Part shown: one piece after another, positions 39,596-49,700 of the stretch
Position numbering within the stretch: position 1 is the stretch's first letter
Layout of the letters: each line of letters begins with the position of its first letter
Source of the DNA: Dehalococcoidia bacterium
Lineage (GTDB): Bacteria; Chloroflexota; Dehalococcoidia; UBA2979
Direction: 5' to 3'
Assembly: GCA_965262725.1 (NCBI GenBank)
Contig: OZ253555.1
Coordinates: forward strand, 2,496,001 to 2,560,000
Length of the DNA stretch: 64,000 nt
Made by a program: the position numbers and the translations under genes
Notes under the pieces: model-generated
What the model was told of the DNA's origin: nothing
Seen by the model: only the letters and a program-made list of their open reading frames with translations
Databases searched by the model: none

Positions 39596-39970
39596 CGGGG
39601 TACATCGCGGGCGGGCGCCCTGCGTGGCTGGTGAGGGCCCGGGAGCCGTGCGCCGTGTACCCGGTGCTCGCGGGAGCAGCCCTCATGGTCGGGGCGATCC
39701 TCGGGATGCGCGGGCGCGAGCCTGTGGAGATCGTCTGGGGCGCGGGCTTCGGTGCCTGCTTCCTGGCGCCGGCCTGGTCGGACCTCCGCCGCCGCATCAT
39801 CCCGAACCGGATCGTCTACCCGGCGCTGGTCCTGGCGCTCGCCGCCTTCGGTGCCTGGCCCGACCGCGGATTCGCCGAGGCGCTCGCGGGCGGGCTCGGC
39901 CCGCTTGCCGTCGTGACCATCACCCGCGGACTGAGCGGCGGCGGCCTCGGCGGCGGGGACGTGAAGATGA
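39592..39970 (+). pseudogene. Truncated second copy of the A24 prepilin peptidase
   Basis: Close paralog of 24238..24615 up to GGGDVKM, then unrelated sequence. Confidence 0.85.
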
Positions 39971-40184
39971 CTGCGCTGCCTTCGGGATTGCTACGCTGCC
40001 GCCCGCGAACAGGCCACTCCCCCCGATGGGATGTCGCGGTACTGAATCCGCGTGCAAGCGGGAGACGGCCTCAAAGGCTGGGTCTCGCAGGAGCACCTCG
40101 ACCACTCCAAGTGACGCGACCCGCGAGGCCTCCGTTGCCTCGATGACTCAGCGAGCCCCGGGCGGGTCGCGGCGAGGCCGAACG

Positions 40185-40240
40185 TGGCGCGCCGGGAAGG
40201 ATTCGAACCCTCCAGCCTCAGTTGTCCGAACTGGCGCTCA
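40185..40240 (-). other. Degenerate tRNA 3'-half-like sequence (att-site-like)
   Basis: TGGCGCGCCGGGAAGGATTCGAACC is the reverse complement of a T-arm, acceptor stem and CCA. No intact 5' half. Confidence 0.45.
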
Positions 40241-40409
40241 TGCGCGGTGGCAGACGGGAACGGGGAAGCGATCGCCCTTCGGTCCCGCGGTCATGGTGAA
40301 CTCGAACTTCTCCGGCGGCGGCGCGTCGTTGTCCTGGACCGTCACGGACGCCCTGCCGTTGGTCGTGTGATCTCGTAGCCGGTGCCGCCTCGCACTTCCA
40401 CCGTGACGC

Positions 40410-41385
40410 GGTGGCCGACTCCACGCTTCTGTCTCCCGAGCACCGAGTCATAATGAGCTTCGTGTCCGGGTCGAGAGCCGTCCACGTGCGTCCGGAAGTC
40501 GAAGGGGTGGTGACGTGATGACGTGACCGGTCCGGAGACATGCTCGTTGCTGCCAGCCGGTGAGAGTCCGGCACGGGTAACTGTCAGGAGGCCCGTTAGC
40601 AGGTCGGCGGCGTGGACGGGAAACGGTCTGCGTCGAAGCCCGACGTCAAGAGCCCTATGAGGGGGAGCAAACGTGCGGTCCGCAGCATGACGCGAAGTCT
40701 GCCGCGCCGTGAGACTCGCCTGTCTATTGACAGGACCAAGGAGGAGCCGAGCCCGGGTGGTCAGGGCGAAGGCCATGGACGAGGTGAAGATCCTGGAATG
40801 CAGCCTCAAGAAACCTCCCGGCGTATGGGACGTGGAACGTACGGAAGGTAGCGACGGGAACCGGAGAAGCCCTCCCCGGCCCGGCACCCTGTGAGAGGGC
40901 GTCGGAGCGAGGCGTCCTATAACCGGTCAGAGCCGGGAAGTGGACAGCCAGCCGGAAGGGTGGCGGAGGGGGTCGTAGTACCGCTGGAGCCGGACGGACA
41001 ACATAACCGCCGGTGATGGGAAGGACCCCTACTTTGTCCGTGCATGTTGCTGGGGGTGTGGACTGGTGAGTGCCCCTCGGGGCTAGCAACCACTTGGTAG
41101 GGTTCGAGGCTCTCCGCACATGCTGTACCGGCTGGCCAAGGCACGACCCACGTTGTGGGGAGCGCTGCATGCCATCTGGTGAAGGGCATCGGTGAGCCGG
41201 ATGAGGGAGAACCTCACGTCCGGTTCGATGTGGCAGGGGCTGGAGACGGACGCTGCTATGGCCGTGGAGTTGGGCACCACCGGGAAACCGGCTTGGAACT
41301 GATGCGCCACCGCCTACGGCTCGCACCGCGCCAGCCCCTGACCCTACGTCCAAACAGTGCCAGGTGCGTCGGCACCCTTGCCGGG
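40410..41385 (-). pseudogene. IS1-like transposase remnant interrupted by a group II intron
   Basis: Joining 40485 to 41348 gives, on the minus strand, GTVWTWTALDPDTKLIMTRCSGDRSVESA. Confidence 0.75.
40486..41347 (+). ncRNA. ORF-less group II intron (862 nt)
   Basis: 5' GTGCG, domain V GAGCCGGATGAGGGAGAACCTCACGTCCGGTTC, domain VI ending CCCCTGACCCTAC. Precise removal restores the host codons. Only IEP stubs remain in domain IV. Confidence 0.88.
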
Positions 41386-41473
41386 CGCTGGAGGACGAGA
41401 TAGTGAGTCGCATCATCGTCGGGTGCAGGCCGTTCCAGAATCCTCGTCCCGACTCCAAGCAAAGTGGGGAAGA

Positions 41474-41656
41474 ATGCTAGAGTCAGTCCTGCGTCGCACG
41501 GCTGAGAAGCTCGCCGCGTCGGGTGTGCTCGACGCCGCTGAGAACGCACGCCTGATGAGAGCGCTCGCCGACGGCCGCCTCAGGTCTATCGCCGAACTGA
41601 GCGCCTTCCTCGAGAAGCCCGCGGATACGGCCGAGGCCCAAACCGATGAAGATTAG
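41474..41656 (+). CDS. Small helical protein (60 aa) overlapping the ATPase start
   Basis: MLESVLRRTAEKLAASG...AQTDED overlaps the downstream ATG at 41646. Confidence 0.6.
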   Translation: MLESVLRRTAEKLAASGVLDAAENARLMRALADGRLRSIAELSAFLEKPADTAEAQTDED

Positions 41657-44084
41657 CTCGCTGACCATCACTGACTTCCGCGGCATTCGACACCTCTCGA
41701 TCCCGCTCGAGGGCCGAAGCGCCGTGATCTGGGGTGATAACGGCGTTGGGAAGAGCGGGGTCGTCGACGCCGTGGACTTCCTCTTGCACGGCGATGTAAC
41801 GAGGCTGGCCGGGCGCGGCGCGGGCGGCCTGTCGCTCCTGCGGCACGGCCCACACGTCCGCGCGAAACCGGAGCACGCCCGGGTTGACGCCGAGGTGATC
41901 TTGGACGATGGCGCAACATACCAAGTCAGCCGCTCGGTATCTCAACCCAACGCGCTCGTAGCTGACCCGGTGGTCTCTCCAGAGTTCCTCCGCGTGTCGG
42001 GCCGCGGACAACACCTTCTCACTCGCCGAGACATCTTGTCCGTAGTCACCGTTCCTCCGGGCGACCGCGGTGCCCAAATCAACGAACTCCTCAACCTGTC
42101 GCCGATCGAGCAGGTTCGCAAGCAACTCGTCACCTTGCGGAACGCCGCCAAGAACGCTGACACCGCGGCAGACGATCGAGTCACGCAACAGCGAATGCGC
42201 CTGGCGGCGATCTCACGCGTTCCGGTCTACGACCATGACGCCATCGTTCGGGCCATCAATGAACAACGCCATCTGCTCGCCCTCGATCCGATAGCCACTC
42301 TCCACGATGATGCCGCGGCCGGAGCCCCTCCAACGCGACCACTAGACGAAGCAGCCGAAAGGCGGGTCAACGCGCGTGCTGCGGTGAGCACTCTCGCAGA
42401 GCTACTCGTCGACTCTCAACTACTCGCGGACGTCCGGCGCGAATTCCAGGACGGGTGTGATGCATCCGACAGCCTCCTGGCCATCGTCGACTACGAGCGA
42501 ATCCTGTCTTTAGCGGCCCTGGTGAATGGGGGGCTATCGCTCCTTGACGGGACCGGGATGTGCCCACTTTGCGACACCCAGTGGGACGCGGGACGCCTCG
42601 CCGACCACCTCAATCGGAAGCATGACACGACCCGCGCGGTGCGAGAAGCTAAGCAGAAGATCGCAGATGCCGCCAAGCGGCTACGCACACGCCTCAACGG
42701 CGTTGCAGCGCGTGCGTCCGCTGCTCTCGACGCTGTGGCCCAAATGGATCCCGCGGCCTTGCCCCAATGGTTCTCCGACTGGAATACGACACTGGGCCAA
42801 TCGGTAGCGGCGTTGGCCGATCCAGTTGACGCGCTTTCAACCGTTGAACAGCGCGTAGTGATTGCTGCAGCGATAGTGCCCGACGAGTCGTTGGCGCAGC
42901 GCTTCGCTGACTTCGCTGCCACCATTCCGATAGAGGAGGAGCCGCAGGCCCGCACTCAGGCACGCGAGCAACTCATCCGGACCGATCAAGAAATTCGGAA
43001 TCTCCGCGATGCCGAGACGGAGACACGTGCTGCTCGGCGGCTTGCCACGAGCGCAACACTACTACACGACAGCTTCCTGGCTTCGCGCGATGAGCTACTG
43101 CACGAACTCTACGATTCAGTTCGGGATCGGTTCGTCGAACTCTACCGCTTCCTTCACCCGGAGGAAGCAGAATCTTTCGCCGCCGACCTCGGGCCGGACC
43201 AACGCGGGGGAGTCGACCTCGCTGTCGACTTCCACGCCGTGGGAAGGTATTCCCCTAACGCCGTCCACAGCGAGGGCCACCAAGACAGCATGGGGCTATG
43301 CCTCTTCCTCGCGCTCGCGGAAGTCCTCACGGGTGGCGCGGCCCCCGACCTACTCCTGCTCGACGATGTCGTCATGTCCGTTGACATGGATCACCGAGCC
43401 AAGGTCGCGGAGCTGCTGAAGGTCCACTTTCCAACCACCCAATTCATCCTCACCACTCACGATCGCGCTTGGGCGAGCTACCTCCAGTCATCCGGCGTCA
43501 TTCGGCCTGCCGATCGGTGGGAGTTCCGGACATGGAATCTAGAGAGCGGACCGTCCGTTGGCAGGGCCGTGGATGTTTGGACTCGAATCGAGAGCCAACT
43601 CGACGACGCAGACGTGCCCGCAGCAGCCGAGTCCCTACGCCGTCATGTCGAAGAAACGCTCTTCAACGTCTGCGATGCAATTCGTGCACCGGTTCGCCTG
43701 CGCGCAACCGCTCAGTACCAAGTTGGGGACCTCGCTGGGCCAGCGTTCGACACGCTCAAGGTGCTGATCACGAAAGGCATCAGTCGAGCACAAAACTTGA
43801 ATAACGTCTCGGCAATTCAGCGGCTTGAGCACCGCCAGGCCGTGCGCGCTCGTGCGCACACTGAGATGAAGATTCACGAGTGGTCCGTCAACGCCCAGAT
43901 ACACTGGAACGAACTCCTGCGCTTATCGGCAGCGGAATTCCGGCTCGTTACCGCCACCTATCGAGAAGCGCTAGCACTCTTTGGATGCGACCTTTGCCAC
44001 AGTCCCATCCGGTTGCTTGTCGACGGCGAAGGCCGGCCAAGCGCCGTCCAGTGTCACTGCGCGAACGTCGCCTGGGCCCTGTAG
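41646..44084 (+). CDS. Rad50/SbcC/RloC-like ABC ATPase with a zinc hook and a C-terminal effector-like domain
   Basis: Walker A GDNGVGKS, coiled coil with CPLC, signature HSEGH, Walker B LLLLDD, TTHD, C-terminal LRRHVE...VNAQIH...CDLC..CHC. Confidence 0.85.
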   Translation: MKISSLTITDFRGIRHLSIPLEGRSAVIWGDNGVGKSGVVDAVDFLLHGDVTRLAGRGAGGLSLLRHGPHVRAKPEHARVDAEVILDDGATYQVSRSVSQPNALVADPVVSPEFLRVSGRGQHLLTRRDILSVVTVPPGDRGAQINELLNLSPIEQVRKQLVTLRNAAKNADTAADDRVTQQRMRLAAISRVPVYDHDAIVRAINEQRHLLALDPIATLHDDAAAGAPPTRPLDEAAERRVNARAAVSTLAELLVDSQLLADVRREFQDGCDASDSLLAIVDYERILSLAALVNGGLSLLDGTGMCPLCDTQWDAGRLADHLNRKHDTTRAVREAKQKIADAAKRLRTRLNGVAARASAALDAVAQMDPAALPQWFSDWNTTLGQSVAALADPVDALSTVEQRVVIAAAIVPDESLAQRFADFAATIPIEEEPQARTQAREQLIRTDQEIRNLRDAETETRAARRLATSATLLHDSFLASRDELLHELYDSVRDRFVELYRFLHPEEAESFAADLGPDQRGGVDLAVDFHAVGRYSPNAVHSEGHQDSMGLCLFLALAEVLTGGAAPDLLLLDDVVMSVDMDHRAKVAELLKVHFPTTQFILTTHDRAWASYLQSSGVIRPADRWEFRTWNLESGPSVGRAVDVWTRIESQLDDADVPAAAESLRRHVEETLFNVCDAIRAPVRLRATAQYQVGDLAGPAFDTLKVLITKGISRAQNLNNVSAIQRLEHRQAVRARAHTEMKIHEWSVNAQIHWNELLRLSAAEFRLVTATYREALALFGCDLCHSPIRLLVDGEGRPSAVQCHCANVAWAL

Positions 44085-44229
44085 GCCGCGCCCGTGTCGC
44101 TGAACATCAAGTCCGGCGCCTGCGGTCCGGCCGGTCCGGGTCAGTGGCATCTGGTTGATCCTTGTCTTGATCTCGCGCAGCGCTTCGCCGAGTGACAACG
44201 ATCGCGGTGCCGCAGGCTGGCCCAGCCGC

Positions 44230-44585
44230 TCATCTCGCTGGTGCTGGCGACGTGGCCTTCGGCTCACGCGGCCAGCATGACGCCGACACCTACGTCGAGC
44301 CTTCCGACAGCTGCCGACGCGCGCGACGGCATCGAGCGCTGCGGGGAGCTCGCAGCAGCAGCGTGCCGGAGTGCGGCGGCGACGCGGCACGCGCCGTCCC
44401 CGCGCGGCGCGATTCGGCGCTGCGTCTGCTCATCGACGCGCCCCCAGAGTCGCCCGTCCTCACTACGTCCATTGTCGCGGGCGATGACCCAGGCGATGGA
44501 CCAACTGGCGCGCGCCGGGATCTTGGTCCAGATCACGGTCGGCCGGCACAATCGGGCGTTCGAGGCGCTAGACGAGGCGAGCGGA
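44230..44585 (+). pseudogene. Fic-family protein C-terminal (wHTH) remnant
   Basis: Frameshifted fragments LLIDAPPESPVLT and AMDQLARAGILVQITVGRHNRAFEA. Confidence 0.5.
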
Positions 44586-44594
44586 GCGGGGCGG

Positions 44595-44665
44595 GGCGCG
44601 CTGTGAAGGATTCGAACCCACGCCCCCCAGTCCCATGAACTGATGCTCTCATGTGCAGTGACGGC
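44595..44665 (-). other. Second degenerate tRNA-like/att-like sequence
   Basis: GGCGCGCTGTGAAGGATTCGAACCC...CAGT...GAACTG...CTCATG parallels the 40185 copy. Confidence 0.4.
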
Positions 44666-44990
44666 GCAAGCGAAGCCGCTTCGACCCCAGCCGCGGGGTC
44701 ACAAACCGAGCGACGGCCCGATCCTCAGAGCATCGCTTCCTCGAGCGCGCGCCTTGCGCGATACGGCTTCACCGTGAGCGAGCTCAGGACGCCGCGGGTT
44801 GTCATGGACAGTGGCGGCGGCCCGAGATTCGGCAGGCGACTCGGGCGACCTTGGCTCGCTCGCGCTGCAGGCTGTGACTGCGAATGGCGACCGCCACGGC
44901 AAGCACGATCCCCGCGGTCACCGACCTCGTCCGCTTGTCAACGGTTCCGATTCGCTTCGGCCGAGAGCCGACGCTACAACGGTAGCTCTA

Positions 44991-45530
44991 TCAATAGCCG
45001 ATCACGCATAGCGAGAATGGCATCTCTACGCGTGAGTGGGCGTAGAGCGCCTGCGCCACCGACACAGTATTCTCGTAGTCGCGGCTTACCGTGGCCCGTC
45101 CGCCCGACTTGTAGCGATATGCCTGTGGGACCGCCAGAATCAGGTGCTCCATGTCAACCATGACCAGGGCCTGGATCAAGTCTCGGTAGACCGCGTTGCC
45201 CATCCAGGCTCGGCCTGCCTCGATCTCAAGGCCAGCCAGCCACCCTTGGTGCCAAGCATCCACCTCATACTGGAGCTCAGGCTCGGCATTCTCTCCGAAG
45301 AACACTGGCCGCTTTATCTTGTCTCTGGTCCGCTTGCCTGCTTCCACCTCAAATCCAAGATCGATAAGGTCGGGCCGAAGTACCGCAAGTACCCCGTCGC
45401 TTGTCAGGCCCTTCTCGAGATGGGAGGTCCCTATCTCTCGAGCATGTTCCTCAAACAGCGCGACCAGACCCACCAGGAATCCGGGCGGTGTCCGTGTACG
45501 TGGAAACGTTGAGAAGCGAATTGACACCAT
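44991..45530 (-). CDS. Putative PD-(D/E)XK restriction-endonuclease-like protein
   Basis: LGFEVE...YEVDAWH...LEIEAGRA...RDLIQA pattern, 179 aa. Confidence 0.65.
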   Translation of the reverse strand: MVSIRFSTFPRTRTPPGFLVGLVALFEEHAREIGTSHLEKGLTSDGVLAVLRPDLIDLGFEVEAGKRTRDKIKRPVFFGENAEPELQYEVDAWHQGWLAGLEIEAGRAWMGNAVYRDLIQALVMVDMEHLILAVPQAYRYKSGGRATVSRDYENTVSVAQALYAHSRVEMPFSLCVIGY

Positions 45531-45639
45531 TCACCTAGTGTGCCGTACCACCGAGTAGTAGCGACAGCTGTAGGGCCTCGGAAGCAGGGGCCGTACGGTT
45601 CACTCTGCTGTGTGAACGAAGCACAGGAAGGAGACCTTC

Positions 45640-45840
45640 GTGACTCCCGACGACATACTCTACCGTGGTCGCGTGCGCACGCTCGCCCTCGCGCAGGAGC
45701 TCGGCAGCGTCCGTGCCGCCTGCCGGGCGATGGCATCCACTACTCGATGTTCTTACACTGCAAGAACAAGACCGAGCGCTTCGGCCCCGACATGCTCCGG
45801 CCCCGGGAGCGCCGCCAACCGCGTCTCCCCGACGCCTACA
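45640..45840 (+). pseudogene. IS481-like transposase N-terminal remnant
   Basis: AGGAG RBS. RVRTLALAQELGSVRAACRAMG, then a frameshift, then IHYS...ERFGPDMLRPRERRQPR. Confidence 0.65.
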
Positions 45841-46293
45841 CCCTGAAGAGCGCTATCGCGGGGCGCGGCCGCCACGCCGGCCAGCGAACAGCAACCCCCG
45901 ACGCGGAGACTTCGGGTACCGTCGCGGCTGCCGCGGAGCGCGACTGCCGGCCAGACGCGACCGGCTCCGCCCCTACGGGCACATGGTCTCCGGTATTGGG
46001 CGCCCCGCGCGGCGGAGGAGTCGGCCAGACAAGCGACTCGGGCTAGGGCGCGCGATCCCGCCTTCGATCAGTGGCTGCCGATATCAGGACACACGGTTTG
46101 GGGCTTGGTCGCCTAGGTCAGGCCGCTGCCCGTACCATGCGAGCCTGGCACCAGGATGGATAGATCCGGCGGGCTGGTACCACGACGTCACCAGCAACGA
46201 CGGGCGCTCGCCCACCATCTCGTGGTGCCTGAAGCCAGCCCGGTGGAGGATCGCGAGGCAGGTGTGGATCGAGATGCTGTGGTCGCGCGCCTG

Positions 46294-46704
46294 ATGACGC
46301 TCCCGCTCTGGGGTTCCATGGGAATCGAGTGCGGGATTCGTGCCGGGTTCCGGTGTGAGTACTGTGACCGTGATCTTCTCTCGTCGCTGGACGACTACAA
46401 GGCGTGGGCACAGGATCACATCGTTCCCGAGAGGCTCGGCGGCGCGGACACGATCGAGAAGATGGCTGTGTCTTGTGATCCCTGCAATTCTGCCTACAAG
46501 AAGGCATGGAACCCGCGCTCCGTGGCTGGCGCCACGGCAAGTCGCGCAGAACTGATCGCCGCCACCCGAAGACTCATCGCCGAGAAGCGCGCGGCAGAGC
46601 AGGCAGTGCTCACTGAGGTCCGCGAAGTCACGGGGTGGTCTCTCGCTGGGAGCCTGGAGCCATCACCGTCGCCGACGCCCGGCTCCGCAGCGGCGTCTCC
46701 GTGA
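46294..46704 (+). CDS. HNH endonuclease
   Basis: CEYC...DHIVPERLGGAD...SCDPCN. Its stop overlaps the next gene's GTG. Confidence 0.85.
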   Translation: MTLPLWGSMGIECGIRAGFRCEYCDRDLLSSLDDYKAWAQDHIVPERLGGADTIEKMAVSCDPCNSAYKKAWNPRSVAGATASRAELIAATRRLIAEKRAAEQAVLTEVREVTGWSLAGSLEPSPSPTPGSAAASP

Positions 46705-49700
46705 CTGACGTCCGCGCCGTCGAGCAATCGTTTGGCGCAATCTACGCCGCCCTCAATCGACTCGATGAGCCCGGTGGCTCGGCACTACGGGATCACTACG
46801 CGCTGCAGTCAACCCGCGACGGTGATCGCGAGATTCTCAGTTCGGTAGGTGCCGGCAGTCGCATGAACATGCTCATCGGGGCGAGGGCGCAGTTGAGCCG
46901 GTCGCTTGGCGGAGGCGTGAGCTCGGGTCTCGCAGATCTGGTGGCCCGCGTATCGGCCCTGACCGGCGAGTCGCCAGTCTCTCCTGAAGTGTGCCGCACA
47001 CTCGCGAGCCGCGTCGGTGGCGTGGACGCTGCCGATCTACCGGCGCTGCTGAGCGCCCTTAGCGGTGTGCAGCCTGCGGGGTGGGCGCGGTGGAGCGCGT
47101 ACGACATCTGGAATGAGTCCCTCATCGAGGAGTTCTTCAGCGGGTCGCGAGCGGGGCGCCCCGTCTACCTTGACCTCGAAGCGGATGTCGTCGAGCGTTT
47201 AACGGCCGCTATCGGTGCTCCGGCAGGCGCAGCCGCACCGGACGCTACTCGGGCGTTCAGTAGGTCGGTTGTACGGACCTTCGAGTTTCGACTCGACGGC
47301 CCTCCGATGCTCAGGGAGCATGTTCGAAAGGCTGTGACCTGGGCCGCTTCAGCGCCACGGGGCGATGGCGGCGAGGGCCACCCAGGCATCCGGCCTCCCC
47401 CGTTCATCGCTGCTTTGGGCCTCTTCTCGCTAGCAGCAGAATCGATGCGCTCGGGCGAGGGGATGCGTGCCACCAACTACTACGGGCGGCTCTGCGAGCG
47501 TCTTGAGGTGGGTAGCGACGCCGTAGCGCGCAAGGTTCAGAATGACTTCAGGCGGCACGCCAACAGGCTGTGGGCACATCTGAACGCGTGGTTGCGACGG
47601 GCCCACGGCGCGCGGGGTATTCCGACTGCCGAGGCGTTCGACCACCGTGTCTACGTCAGCATCCCCATCTCGCAGGCGCTCGTACGTGCGGCCGACCGGG
47701 ACCGGCTCTCGGAGTTCTTCTCGGCGTACCAGCTGAACCCCGGACAGCAATTCTCGAGACTCGACATGCGCGAGATTCTCGCTGCGTGGTTACCGGGGTC
47801 GCATCTAAGCGCGTCGTTGAAGTCCCTCTGGCGTTCGAGTCAGGAGGCCCGCCGCCGCATCGCGGACGTCGTGTGCATCGAACTTGAACATTGGGACGGG
47901 ACAGCCCCCCCTGAGCACTCTAGCTCGCAGCGACACTTCGACGCGGTCCTCGCAGCGAGTTACGAGGAGGTCCCCTTCCCGGAGTTCTCCATCGCTCTCG
48001 TAGTGCGCGACGAGGGTGACGTACCGGACGGCCGTTACCGCTTCGACGACGGCTCCGCACTGCCGGGCTTTTCTGGTGCGGTCCACGCCGTACGCGAGTC
48101 CGGCGGCTTGATCAGGCTCCAGCCGGCGACGCCGCAGTCCATGGGTAACGGGCTTCTCAACTCGGTGTTGCGACATCCGCTGGGCCTCGCACACGAATCG
48201 CGACCCGCGACGATCTCACGACCGAGCCGCTCGGTCGTGGTGTTCTTGATGGACGAATCGCGAGGATTGTTCACCGAGTCGGCGCGAGTCGAACTGGGCA
48301 GGGAGCACTTCATACTGGTGAGGAACGGTCTCGCAGCCCAGGTGCGCGGCGCCCTCGGCGAGATCGCACGGCCGGGTTATCGAGCGCTGAGTGGCGTAGC
48401 TGGTGTGCCTGATGGCTGGATGCTGTACATCGGCGTTCACGTCCGGTCACTGCTTACCGGCGCGTCTGAGGCACTCACCACCCTCGTTCCTCTGTCAACC
48501 ACGCAGGTCGACCTGACCGGTGGCATGCAACTCTCCGCTGGCCGCTGGCACTCGTCATCGCCTCCCGATGTGATGGCGGTAGACGCGGCCGGAAGGCGCT
48601 TCGCCGTCAGTCTGTTCGACGAGTCCGGTACGAGCGGCGAGTTCGTAGCAACGCCGCTCGGCACGCACTCCGGTGAAGCGCGGATCTCGCTGCGCGAGCT
48701 CGGGCTTGTTGATGGCAACTACCGGATCGTCCTGAACGAAACAACCCCGTCGGGCGGAATAGGCTCTCATCTCACGTCGCGCGGGCTCAGACTCAGGTCG
48801 GCGGAGTCGGCGCACCTTGATCCGCCCACGGATGTCTGTCTCGCCCACCAGGCAGGACCGTCGCCCGACGGATGGACCGCGCTGTCAGCAACGAGTCTTG
48901 ATGTATCGAGCACGGCTGCGATACGTGGCGCGGCCATCTCGGGTACTGAGGCCGGCCCGCGGCCAGTTCCCCCGGTGCGGCTGCCTGCTCGACTGGGCCG
49001 CAGTGTCTCCGTTAGTGATGTCGGCAGCCTCTCGCGGCTCTTTCCGAGAGCACATCCTGCCGCGATCGAGGCCGAGCTCGAGCAACTCATGCGTCTACAT
49101 CTGGTATCCGTCGACGACGGGAAGCCGCGGCTGACGCCGGCGGGGTACGCCTACGCGAACGAGGGCCTCAAGTCATCAGGCAGGGCGGTCACACGAGCCG
49201 GCACGACTCCACCAGACGAGATCGCCAGTCGCTTCGAGGCGGACCTCGACCTCATTCTCGATGCGCTGGGCGCAACTGGCGGCGGCACGTGGCGATCGCT
49301 GGAGCAGCTCATCAGGTACTCCAGCGTTGAGCGGTGGGAGCCGCTGGAGGCAGCCCGGAACCTCAGCGCGCTTGGCTACATTGATCTCGAGCTTGACCAC
49401 CACTCACAACGACCCCTGCGCTGGTCCGCAGCCCCAGCGACGATGGTCGTTCTGCCCGACGGCCTCAGCGCGTTCATCGCTGGCGCCCGCTCGGAGCCGT
49501 TGCTGCAAAGGGTCGAGGCAGAGGCCCGGCAGCTCGGGGGATCGATGTTTCGCCATGAGAGAGGCGGCCGGCCGGTTCTCGTTCAAGTGCACGGCCTCCA
49601 GGGTCGCGCCTTCGAGACGGTTGCTCAAAGGGCTAGCCTGGCGTGTGTGCGAGACGTGCCGAGACGCATCGCCCAGATGTTGCCGGCGATCCGCGATGTC

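Noticed and set aside
40185-40260. Functional tRNA gene
   Set aside because: Only the T-arm and acceptor 3' side are recognisable, with no D-arm or pairing 5' strand.
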